From the IMG/VR virus record IMGVR_UViG_3300001518_000020: DNA of 20,000 bases, one strand, 5' to 3'. Positions within the stretch are counted from its first letter, which is position 1. The number at the start of each line of letters is the position of its first letter. Made by a program: the position numbers and the translations under genes. The stretch is from an uncultured virus (IMG/VR IMGVR_UViG_3300001518_000020). Taxonomy: Duplodnaviria; Heunggongvirae; Uroviricota; Caudoviricetes. Positions 8,426 through 17,183 of this stretch are shown here, one piece after another. Below the pieces are notes generated by a model that saw only the letters and a list, made by a program, of their open reading frames with translations, was not told where the DNA came from and made no database searches.

Positions 8426-11400
8426 TTAGTCTTTAATTGATGCAGTCATTTGACCACGACGGTAAAGAGTAAGTTCTTGTACCATCTTACCACAACCGAA
8501 TCCAGGTTCGATATGTGTAGAAAGTATTGCCATTTCATTTTCAATAATTTCATCTGTGTTATTAGATGAATCCATTACATTAAGATAAGCTTCAATACCA
8601 CCATTAGCAGCAACACGACTACAAATAGTGTTAGCTTTATCAAGAATAGCATTACGTGTTGTTTGATTGTTGAATTCCCATTGATATTGTTGAAGAACTT
8701 TTTCAATCTCATCTTGTAAATAAATAACCAATTCACGAATATTAACTTTAGAAAGACCAGAAACAGGAGTTTGTTTAGCTGTTTGGTTAGAGTTAATAAA
8801 TGTACCAAAACCTGGTTTGTAAACCATACAGTTAACACCATAAGGTTCCATTACATTAAGTTCATCTTGTGAATAATTATAGTCAGGACCAACAAGACCA
8901 CTAGCAACGATTCTACCATAATTAGGACCAGCAATGATATAATAAGGTTGACGAGATGTATACTTTTGCATGAATAAGTTAGAAACTAAACCTGCAGCAG
9001 GAATAATACTATCAACATAACCATCAGAGAATTTTAATGGTGTATAGAATGCGCAGAATGATGCACCTTCATCATCTGATGGTAAACTAAATTTAATACT
9101 TGTTGCTTTCTTCTTATTAGAACCAGCTTCTATATAATGTACATCAAATACATCATCGGCATTTGTAAATGAAGTATATGGACACTTAGTAAATGTCTTA
9201 ACTGATGGGAAGTTCAATATTGCAAATGCAGATTGTTTTTGTTTACATAAGAATGAAAGAACATTTTTACAACTTGTATCTACATATGATTCGAATGTAT
9301 CAATTACATAACGATAATCAATATCTGATTTATTAAGAAGACCTGTACGAAGTCCTTTATAATCAGTTAATGCTTTAAGTATGAATTTTTGCCATTGTAA
9401 TTTAGCATACATTCCAGTTCCATCTGGTTTAGCATGATTATATGTATAACCTTCAAGATATTGAGGAACCATTACACCAATTTCTTGGTTAAGACCACCA
9501 TCAATTCTAATTAAATATCCATCACCAGTTTCTAAATCAGTATAAACTTTAGGTTCACCAGAGAATGTTACATAATAACGTTCAACATTACCATATGCAT
9601 CATAATCAGCATCTACCTTTTGTACATATACATTATCATAGAAACCATCTTTATAATTATCTTCTTGTGTAGATCCATCATTAGCAAGTAAACAATCACC
9701 TACTTGTAAAATTGAATAAAGAGTATTTTCATAAACATCAGTAGAAACAGCTGCACGAGCACCATTAATTGTAACATCTAAATCCCAAGCATCACAAGGA
9801 ATAAATGTTACTGAAGAACCATAAACTGAATCTTTTTCATTATTTTCCATTGTAACAACAACATCAAGAAGAGAAATCTTCATGTTCTTATCTAAATCAG
9901 TATATATTGATGTTGCATTTGTAGCTTCAAGACGAGCAATTGCAGTAATTACTCTTTGTGGACCATATTGTACATATTCACCATTTGCATTAATGAATGG
10001 AGTATCACCTACATTATCACCATCAGCAATAACTTTAAAATATGTACCATATCCATTTAAGTGTTTCATGAAGTGTTTATTATCATCAGAGAAATGTCTT
10101 GGAGCAATTATTTGATGAGTTTCAGGATCTTCTTTACCATTGTAATTAGCATCTACTTCATATGCACAACCAAGTTTAACACCAACTTTCCAAGCTTCTA
10201 ATTCATCTTCACATCTAATAGTAATAGTATTTTTTGCAGTATCTTTATCACCAACTTGACGTAATACAATAACAGAGTTATTTGGATCTGGATCAAAACT
10301 ACTTACATACAAAGTACCCATTACTTTACGTGTACCTTCATTAAGAGGAATAATAGCTTCATATTTTCCTTCTTTGTTCTTAGTTACAACATTATTTCTA
10401 AATGTAACTTTGTTTGTAATTAATTGAGAGTCTTTATTACCAAGAAGACTTGTTTTTGCATTACCATTATAGATGTTCTTAAGATTAAGAGCTGTTGAAG
10501 ATTCTTCATTATTACTAATTGATAAACGACCAGAAAGATCGATTGAAGCAGTTTCATCTTCATAAATCATATCAGTGTTAAAAGACATCATCATATTATG
10601 TACATCTCTATCATTATTGAAAGCAACATCAAGAGATACATATTGTCCCTTCTTATCCTTAAATTCAGGAATTAAACAACCAACATAATGACCTAATGCA
10701 TGAGAAGTATCATCATTATAAAGTGCATCAAGAGTATCTTCCCATTCACCATATGCATTTACTACATGGTTAACAAGTTTTAATTGAGCATTACCTGTTT
10801 CAGAATCACGTATAATACTTCCATTTTCATCAGTAACAACTTCAAAATACTTCTTAAGAGTTGAAGATGCTAATACTTGACCAGCATTAAACTTAGTACC
10901 AAATACATAAATTTCAGCAAAGAAATCACTAACAAGTGAATTAGCATATGGTTCTAAGAAATCAGGAATTTCATCTTGTCTATCACTATACCAATCAGAA
11001 ATAGTAAGTTTGTATTGACTAACGGCACTTCCTGAAGCCTTACGAATGAAATAAGTTGCTGATGTTTCTTTAGTGTTAGTAGTAGCAATATTAATATATT
11101 GATCCATAACTGAACCATCTACTGCTTTAAGATCATTAAGTTTTTCAGCATCTAATTCCCAGAAACGTGTGGTGTTATAAATACTTTCAACACTTAATTC
11201 AACTGAATCAATAATTTCAAATTTAGGATTGAATGCTGTATTGATTGTAGCACCTTGCACTGTTTCAGTAGTAAACTTCTTAAGGTTAAGACAAAGAATA
11301 GGACCTGCAGCCAATGCTTGTAATGCTAAACGGTGGAAATATACACCACGTTTTTCAAGTTTCTTAGAAACGTCACCAAAATATGTTTTGAAATCTGTAA

Positions 11401-11557
11401 CATTTGTGATGTAAACAGGAATATTAAAAGGACCTTTATCAGAATATCCTACAACTAAACGTAATATTTCTGCATCTACACCAAGTACTGTTGATTTGTC
11501 AAAAACAACACGGTAAATTCCAGCCGCTTTAAATTGTTGCAAATATACAGGAATCAT
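8426..11557 (-). CDS. Contractile tail sheath protein (T4 gp18-like), enlarged
   Basis: 1043 aa; N-terminal VGYSDKGPFNIPVYITNVTDFKTYFG and C-terminal AGPNYG, LSKVNIRELVIYL, WEFNNQTTR, VMDSSNNTDEIIENE motifs typical of phage sheaths; upstream of the tube genes. Confidence 0.93.
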   Translation of the reverse strand: MIPVYLQQFKAAGIYRVVFDKSTVLGVDAEILRLVVGYSDKGPFNIPVYITNVTDFKTYFGDVSKKLEKRGVYFHRLALQALAAGPILCLNLKKFTTETVQGATINTAFNPKFEIIDSVELSVESIYNTTRFWELDAEKLNDLKAVDGSVMDQYINIATTNTKETSATYFIRKASGSAVSQYKLTISDWYSDRQDEIPDFLEPYANSLVSDFFAEIYVFGTKFNAGQVLASSTLKKYFEVVTDENGSIIRDSETGNAQLKLVNHVVNAYGEWEDTLDALYNDDTSHALGHYVGCLIPEFKDKKGQYVSLDVAFNNDRDVHNMMMSFNTDMIYEDETASIDLSGRLSISNNEESSTALNLKNIYNGNAKTSLLGNKDSQLITNKVTFRNNVVTKNKEGKYEAIIPLNEGTRKVMGTLYVSSFDPDPNNSVIVLRQVGDKDTAKNTITIRCEDELEAWKVGVKLGCAYEVDANYNGKEDPETHQIIAPRHFSDDNKHFMKHLNGYGTYFKVIADGDNVGDTPFINANGEYVQYGPQRVITAIARLEATNATSIYTDLDKNMKISLLDVVVTMENNEKDSVYGSSVTFIPCDAWDLDVTINGARAAVSTDVYENTLYSILQVGDCLLANDGSTQEDNYKDGFYDNVYVQKVDADYDAYGNVERYYVTFSGEPKVYTDLETGDGYLIRIDGGLNQEIGVMVPQYLEGYTYNHAKPDGTGMYAKLQWQKFILKALTDYKGLRTGLLNKSDIDYRYVIDTFESYVDTSCKNVLSFLCKQKQSAFAILNFPSVKTFTKCPYTSFTNADDVFDVHYIEAGSNKKKATSIKFSLPSDDEGASFCAFYTPLKFSDGYVDSIIPAAGLVSNLFMQKYTSRQPYYIIAGPNYGRIVASGLVGPDYNYSQDELNVMEPYGVNCMVYKPGFGTFINSNQTAKQTPVSGLSKVNIRELVIYLQDEIEKVLQQYQWEFNNQTTRNAILDKANTICSRVAANGGIEAYLNVMDSSNNTDEIIENEMAILSTHIEPGFGCGKMVQELTLYRRGQMTASIKD

Positions 11558-11647
11558 TTATATTTATAATTATATATTTATTATCTTAAAGTTAACTATT
11601 TTAAATTATACCACAAAGCATAACTAATATAATCTAACTTTTATAAT

Positions 11648-11657
11648 TAAAAATAAA
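11648..11657 (-). promoter_or_regulatory. Conserved TTTATTTTTA motif
   Basis: Exact 10-mer ~90 nt upstream of the sheath ATG; shares the longer context AAGTTTTATTTTTAATTATA with the copy at 6959. Confidence 0.5.
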
Positions 11658-11756
11658 ACTTTTCAAATGAGATGAAATATTTATTTTAATGATTATATTT
11701 GAAAAATACTTTTGATATTAAATAATCATAATTATTCATATTTTTTAAAATAAAAA

Positions 11757-11776
11757 TGGTGGACCGAAGTCCACCA
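11757..11776 (-). terminator. Intrinsic terminator after major capsid gene
   Basis: TGGTGGAC-TTCG-GTCCACCA (cUUCGg tetraloop) followed by TTTTTATTTT. Confidence 0.9.
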
Positions 11777-11845
11777 CCAAGTAATAAAACTTGTAATATA
11801 TATAGAGGCGAAATATATATTCCTTCGCTTTTATATATGCATAGA

Positions 11846-13603
11846 TTAAATGATACCAAATTCTGGAGAATCGATAACAAATGTATAATACATTGTTTCT
11901 GGGAAGAAACCAGCATCAACAATAGCATATCTAGAGTTGATAAGCATCTTAGGAGCCATTGTACCTTCAGCAGTAATAGATACTGTATCAGCAAGGATAT
12001 AAGGCATAAAGATTGCACCTGGTTCATTACCATTACCTTTACGACCAACACAAATACGTGTGTCATCCCAAGCCATATAAGGGTCAACATAAATCTTAAG
12101 ACCTGCAACTGAACCAGCCATGTAAAGATCTTTAGAACCATCTTGTGCCATACCGTTAACCATTGGAGCAACAACGTAACCTGAGCAATCTTGAAGAGCT
12201 GTAGCGATTTGACCGTTTGTTACAATCCATGTTGGACGACCACGACGACCTGTGATTTGGATTAAGTTAGCAGCAGCTAAGATACGAGACATAATACGAC
12301 GTTGACGTGTATGTAAGTTTTCAGCTGATGTATTAACTTCTGCATTTTCAATAGTTCCCCATGTACCTTTGTGTTCTACACCGTATACGTCTGCATAAGT
12401 CTTAATAGAAGTAGCAGCCATTGTTGTAGATGTTGTACCCATATGTAAGTTAAGATCTACACCTTGGAAAGTTTTTTGATGAAGAGCGTTAGTTACACCA
12501 AGAGCAAATACGTGTTCAAGGATACGAGCGTTGATAGTTTGAGAGATTTCATTTTGCATAGCTTCCATGATCTTAGCAACTGCATCAACACCATATAATG
12601 GAAGGTCTTGAAGTTGTTGACGTGTAACTTGACCAGTTACTTCATAAGAACCCATTTCAACCCATTTTGTGAACAATCTAAGTGATAATGTGTTACCAGT
12701 ACCAGTTTCGTTTTGAGCACGAGTCATTGGTTCTTTCTTACCAGTAGCAAAGTTAGCGAAGCCATCAACGAAGTCAACCATTGTTTGAGCGTAATCAACG
12801 TGGTGTAAGTTAACTGTCTTACCAGCAGCTGTTAAAGTAGCACCTTGACCATCAGCAAATAAGTCAGCAACAGCCTTATTAGCGCCATTTTCACCAGTTT
12901 CTTTACAATCTTTTACTTCAACGATGATACCACCATCCATACGACCAAATGTCTTGAAGAAACCATTAAATGTAACACCACTACCTTCTACAACAACTGC
13001 ATCATTTTCTTTAACAGCAGCTTTAAGAGCAGCAACTTGAGCAGCTACATCAACAGCATCTTGAGATTCGTCAACCATGAACTTGATGTAAAGAGGTTTG
13101 TTTTCACGACCTTCACCAACACCATCAATACCAGCAACTTCATTGTTACGGCCTAATTTACCACCACTATATGGGAAATCCATATAAGAAAGCATTTGCC
13201 ATGGACCTTTAGCTGGAACAACTGGAAGAAGTTCGAAACCAATAGTCATAAGAGCAATGTTAAGAGCCATTGGAAGTGTTGATACAGGTATATCACCAGA
13301 ACCTGGAGTTTGTGTCCAAAGATCAGATGGTTTAGCACTTGTAGTTGAAAGTTGACCTGGTGCGTATGGGTTACCAATACCATTAGTATTAAGAGGAGTA
13401 GCATAGATAGGACCTACACCTTGACCTGCAGGAAGTACATTTTGACCACCAGCTGGTGTAGCATTAATTCCTAAAGCACTTTCATGAATTTCATGAATTG
13501 CAGCATATTCAGATACCCAACTTAACTTATTTTGATCTTTAATATCAAAATTTTCTGTTAAAAGTTTTGACCATGTTTCTTGGCCATTTGTATTTGTAAT
13601 CAT
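11846..13603 (-). CDS. Major capsid protein (T4 gp23-like, HK97 fold)
   Basis: 585 aa; gp23-like motifs EISQTINARIL, TGRRGRPTWIVTNGQIA, AGSVAGLKIYVDPY, VGRKG, GAIFMPY, PKMLINSRYAIV; strongly biased codons; follows the prohead protease. Confidence 0.95.
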   Translation of the reverse strand: MITNTNGQETWSKLLTENFDIKDQNKLSWVSEYAAIHEIHESALGINATPAGGQNVLPAGQGVGPIYATPLNTNGIGNPYAPGQLSTTSAKPSDLWTQTPGSGDIPVSTLPMALNIALMTIGFELLPVVPAKGPWQMLSYMDFPYSGGKLGRNNEVAGIDGVGEGRENKPLYIKFMVDESQDAVDVAAQVAALKAAVKENDAVVVEGSGVTFNGFFKTFGRMDGGIIVEVKDCKETGENGANKAVADLFADGQGATLTAAGKTVNLHHVDYAQTMVDFVDGFANFATGKKEPMTRAQNETGTGNTLSLRLFTKWVEMGSYEVTGQVTRQQLQDLPLYGVDAVAKIMEAMQNEISQTINARILEHVFALGVTNALHQKTFQGVDLNLHMGTTSTTMAATSIKTYADVYGVEHKGTWGTIENAEVNTSAENLHTRQRRIMSRILAAANLIQITGRRGRPTWIVTNGQIATALQDCSGYVVAPMVNGMAQDGSKDLYMAGSVAGLKIYVDPYMAWDDTRICVGRKGNGNEPGAIFMPYILADTVSITAEGTMAPKMLINSRYAIVDAGFFPETMYYTFVIDSPEFGII

Positions 13604-13679
13604 TAAATATTTATAAAAATTTATTTGTTATATTATTTATTTACTTAAAAAATGAAATAATTATACAATTAACTTTAAA

Positions 13680-13689
13680 TAAAAATAAA
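13680..13689 (-). promoter_or_regulatory. Conserved TTTATTTTTA motif
   Basis: Exact 10-mer ~76 nt upstream of the MCP ATG. Confidence 0.5.
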
Positions 13690-13718
13690 AATATTTTATT
13701 TGAAAAGAAAATTATACA

Positions 13719-15377
13719 TTAATATCCTTTACGAAGCAAAGCCATTTTCTTAAATATACCTGAGTGATATGTGTCTTGAACAGGTTGTTGAGATTCTGTT
13801 ATTGGAGCTTCTTCAAAGTTAATTGTACTCCAGAATGACTCAAGTACACCTGGTTTTGTAAAATTGTACATTTTAGAACGACGGATAATATCTTGTTGCT
13901 TAGCTTCAGAAATCATTTCCCAACGAGGCATATATTCTGCTGGCATGTGTTCAACAACATAAACTCCTTTATATTTGTCGTCTACTTGTTTTTGTTGTAA
14001 TAATTCAAGAGCTTCATCAACTTTACCCTTATTTTCAATTGCTTCTAATAAGTTGTCAATGTTTGATAATGACTCTTCTTTTCTATTTTCCATGAACGCA
14101 TTAATATTAGTATTAACTTCTTCAAGAATTGTGTTCTTGTGTTCTGGAGCAAATTCTTCATTAATCCAACTATCAATTGTTGGAACTAATTCTTCAGTGA
14201 TCCATCCTTGTACTTCTGGAGAATATTCTTCTGTAATCCAGTTTTGTACTTCTGGAGCAAATTCTTCAACAATCCAGTTTTGTACTTCTGGAGCAAACTC
14301 TTCTGTTACCCAATTTTGTACTTCTGGAGCAAATTCTTCAGTAATATAACTTTCAATAACTGGAGCAAATTCATTAATAGCCCAATTTTGAACACCTTCA
14401 GCAATTACTTCTGTAGTATTAGAAATTTCTTCATTAACTGATTCCATTACTTTTTCTTTGAATTCTGGAGCAAATTCACTTTCAACCCATTCTTGGATTT
14501 TTGAATACTTAATCTCTGGAATTTCAAGATTATCTAATTTTTCAGTTAAAGTTTTGATTTCTTCGTCTTTCTTTTCAAGACTTTCTTGTGCTACATGTAA
14601 ATCGGCTGTAAGACCTTCAATTTTTTCAGAAAGTTTATCAATAGCTTCTTTTAAATCTTGCATAGTAGCTTCTTTATTATCGTTATTTTTGTTATTATCC
14701 TTTTCTTTATTATCTTCTTTATTATCTTCTGATTTTTTATCTTGATCTGATGTATCATCTGATTTATCACCATCTTTAGGTTCATCATTTTTAGATTTGT
14801 TATCATCATCTAATAAATCATCAGATTCATAAATAATACAGCAAGATTCATTAAGTGATTCAAATGTTTGATTTTCAGATAAATTCAATTTTGCTTGGCT
14901 AAAACCTGGAGTACCAACTAAGTCATATGTTTTAAGACTAGTTAAAGTAACATGACCTGATTCATCAATAGAACCTGCTGCTCTTGAAGAGATATAAAGA
15001 GGTACACCTGCTTCAATAATAGCTTTAGCATTACGTCCTTTATCAGTATCAATCAGAACAATTGTACCAGTAACAGTACCATCCTCATTCATTTCTATTG
15101 ACTCAATCTTATGTGAAACATTATTTAAGTTAATATTCATTGAATTAGGATGTTCCAATTCACCTAAACAACCTTCTGTAGCAATAACCTTTTGAAGAGA
15201 CTCAACCATCATTCCATAGTTTTGCTTATCATAAATACGATTATTGTTATTTTTAACTCCTGCAACACCAAATACACCTGTCAAACGTATTTCTTTTGGA
15301 TTTGAAGACTCTACAATTTGCATTGATGAATTAATATTGTTCATAGTCTCAAATACCAAACATTTTTTATTTGCCAT
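13719..15377 (-). CDS. Prohead protease (T4 gp21-like) fused to an acidic coiled-coil scaffold/core-like region
   Basis: The N-terminal ~170 aa carry NNNNRIY, GELEHP (His), ISSRAAGS (Ser) and YDLVGTPGF (Asp) motifs; then a D/K/N linker and an acidic helical region with 12-aa repeats; directly upstream of MCP. Confidence 0.9.
   Translation of the reverse strand: MANKKCLVFETMNNINSSMQIVESSNPKEIRLTGVFGVAGVKNNNNRIYDKQNYGMMVESLQKVIATEGCLGELEHPNSMNINLNNVSHKIESIEMNEDGTVTGTIVLIDTDKGRNAKAIIEAGVPLYISSRAAGSIDESGHVTLTSLKTYDLVGTPGFSQAKLNLSENQTFESLNESCCIIYESDDLLDDDNKSKNDEPKDGDKSDDTSDQDKKSEDNKEDNKEKDNNKNNDNKEATMQDLKEAIDKLSEKIEGLTADLHVAQESLEKKDEEIKTLTEKLDNLEIPEIKYSKIQEWVESEFAPEFKEKVMESVNEEISNTTEVIAEGVQNWAINEFAPVIESYITEEFAPEVQNWVTEEFAPEVQNWIVEEFAPEVQNWITEEYSPEVQGWITEELVPTIDSWINEEFAPEHKNTILEEVNTNINAFMENRKEESLSNIDNLLEAIENKGKVDEALELLQQKQVDDKYKGVYVVEHMPAEYMPRWEMISEAKQQDIIRRSKMYNFTKPGVLESFWSTINFEEAPITESQQPVQDTYHSGIFKKMALLRKGY
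14140..14400 (-). repeat. In-frame 36-bp tandem repeat encoding (I/V)TEEFAPEVQNW, ~7 units
   Basis: TACTTCTGGAG recurs at 14211, 14247, 14283 and 14319 (36-nt period) with degenerate flanking units; one more EFAPE near 14460-14480. Confidence 0.92.
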
Positions 15378-15408
15378 TTATATTATTGTATATATTTAGT
15401 ATCTTATA

Positions 15409-15480
15409 TAAAAATAAATAAATTATGGATATTAATAAAAATACCCAATTTTATTTATAAATTTCTTTATTAAAAATAAA
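15409..15480 (-). promoter_or_regulatory. Two TTTATTTTTA motifs (15409-15418, 15471-15480) upstream of the protease gene
   Basis: Exact 10-mers; a TATAAATA (15452-15459) lies between them. Confidence 0.45.
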
Positions 15481-15505
15481 ACATAAAATTAATTTTATGT
15501 TAATT

Positions 15506-17131
15506 TTAAAAAAGAGTTCTAATAGTTATATCAATATCTGTTTCTACCCAATACCATGGAATATAAAATCTTATATATTTTTTTCTTCTACGATAATCCA
15601 TATTTCCTCTAATAGTCATATGACCATAAGGACGTGAAGCTATTGCGTAATATGGATTATTTGGATTATAAGTATTTAGGTACATAATTTTAGATTCATC
15701 TACATCATATATATCATCTATTGTTATATTATTCCCAGGAGAATAAGTTCCATAATAATTTGCTAGACATCCATCTGATTGACCCGTTTCAATATTTTTA
15801 GAATATGAATCAATATATATTGAATTAACCATACTTTCCGAAGTTGATTTGTTTCTGCATGTAGCTATTATATAATATCCTGTATAATATTGACCAGATC
15901 CATCAAGATACCATGAACATTTATATGGATTATTGTTGTTACTTCGACTAGAGAATAAATCAATTTCTATTTCACATATAAGACGTACACATACTCTACT
16001 AACTTGTACACCATTATTATTATATCCAGATACAAATGGATATGATCCATATAAATTTATATTATATGAAAAATCAGTCCGACAATAAACCCACTCATAT
16101 AATGGATCATTGACCCAACATATTGATTCTGGATCATTTGGGTTTGGATTATTATATGGAGGTTCTAATAAACTACTATATGTTGAAGAAGAACCCCATC
16201 TCATATATCCTTCATAAAACCATTCATAACCTACAGGTCGTGTTATATGTATTGCATTTGAATCTGATACTGAAGTTTGTACATATTTTTTATTATCTAA
16301 AAAATCTTGTCTAAAATTATCATAATCACATATTAAACCTCCATCACTAAATATTAAATTATTATTATTGTAAATATCTGTGTTTATAGACGTTGATATC
16401 ATATAACAAAACTCATCATGACGTTGCGTATTTGTATTATCATTATTTATAAGTTGTAATAATTTATATCTATAAACATACTCTGGAGGTATTGAATAAT
16501 CATCATGATCAGCGTTATGAAAAACTTCTTGATACATAGTTTTATCCGGAGGTATACCAGCTTCAGAATCATACATATTATTTATTGTACTTATATCTTT
16601 ATATAATTTAACTTTTACACCTTCTATCATTAATCCTTTCTTAGATGGTTTATACATTGTATTATAATTATCATTTTCATCAGTATATACATGTATGTGA
16701 ATTTTACGACATAATTCGGGATAATTAGTAATTAATTTATTTCTTTTTGCAGGAGTATATGTACCTTGTTTAGTTGATGAATTATAATTAACTGTATAAT
16801 CAGGCCACATCATATAACTTGTTATAAAACTTTGTAAATATGGACTTGATTTATTTGGTTCAACATATGTACTATTATTTTTTTGATTATTTATTTCTAT
16901 TGTTTCAGGAATCATATTACCTAAATATGATACCCCCCCCCTAGCTAATTTAGTTGATGAATTTGTACCACCTAAATAAGTATTATTTCGCATCCAAGCA
17001 TTATATTTTCTTTCGGTAATTAATTGATATTTAGTAAAATTAGCACTCCAAGTATTGGAATAATTCTCAAGATCAGATAAATTAACATAGAATGAATCGG
17101 ATATATAATAAGTATTATTATTATAAGCCAT
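15506..17131 (-). CDS. Hypothetical Asn/Tyr-rich protein, possibly virion-associated
   Basis: 541-aa open frame; no family recognised; contains a G9 tract at 16933-16941. Confidence 0.75.
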   Translation of the reverse strand: MAYNNNTYYISDSFYVNLSDLENYSNTWSANFTKYQLITERKYNAWMRNNTYLGGTNSSTKLARGGVSYLGNMIPETIEINNQKNNSTYVEPNKSSPYLQSFITSYMMWPDYTVNYNSSTKQGTYTPAKRNKLITNYPELCRKIHIHVYTDENDNYNTMYKPSKKGLMIEGVKVKLYKDISTINNMYDSEAGIPPDKTMYQEVFHNADHDDYSIPPEYVYRYKLLQLINNDNTNTQRHDEFCYMISTSINTDIYNNNNLIFSDGGLICDYDNFRQDFLDNKKYVQTSVSDSNAIHITRPVGYEWFYEGYMRWGSSSTYSSLLEPPYNNPNPNDPESICWVNDPLYEWVYCRTDFSYNINLYGSYPFVSGYNNNGVQVSRVCVRLICEIEIDLFSSRSNNNNPYKCSWYLDGSGQYYTGYYIIATCRNKSTSESMVNSIYIDSYSKNIETGQSDGCLANYYGTYSPGNNITIDDIYDVDESKIMYLNTYNPNNPYYAIASRPYGHMTIRGNMDYRRRKKYIRFYIPWYWVETDIDITIRTLF

Positions 17132-17183
17132 ATTTAAGTTAAAAATATTATTTTAATTTATAATAAATATAATTTTTTTAATC

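Noticed and set aside
8575..12174. ORFs 8575-8841, 9882-10115, 11229-11414, 11686-12174, 11756-12112
   Set aside because: Overlap sheath or MCP in other frames or strands; two of them run through the MCP terminator.
14140..14400. 36-bp repeats as a CRISPR array
   Set aside because: Units are contiguous with no unique spacers, stay in frame and vary largely at synonymous positions; no cas genes in the window.
15480..15501. Palindrome AACATAAAATTAATTTTATGTT as a terminator or operator
   Set aside because: Almost entirely A/T and weak; position after a stop is suggestive but not enough to call.
15506..17131. Diversity-generating retroelement target
   Set aside because: Asn-rich, but no template/variable repeat pair or reverse transcriptase is visible in the window.
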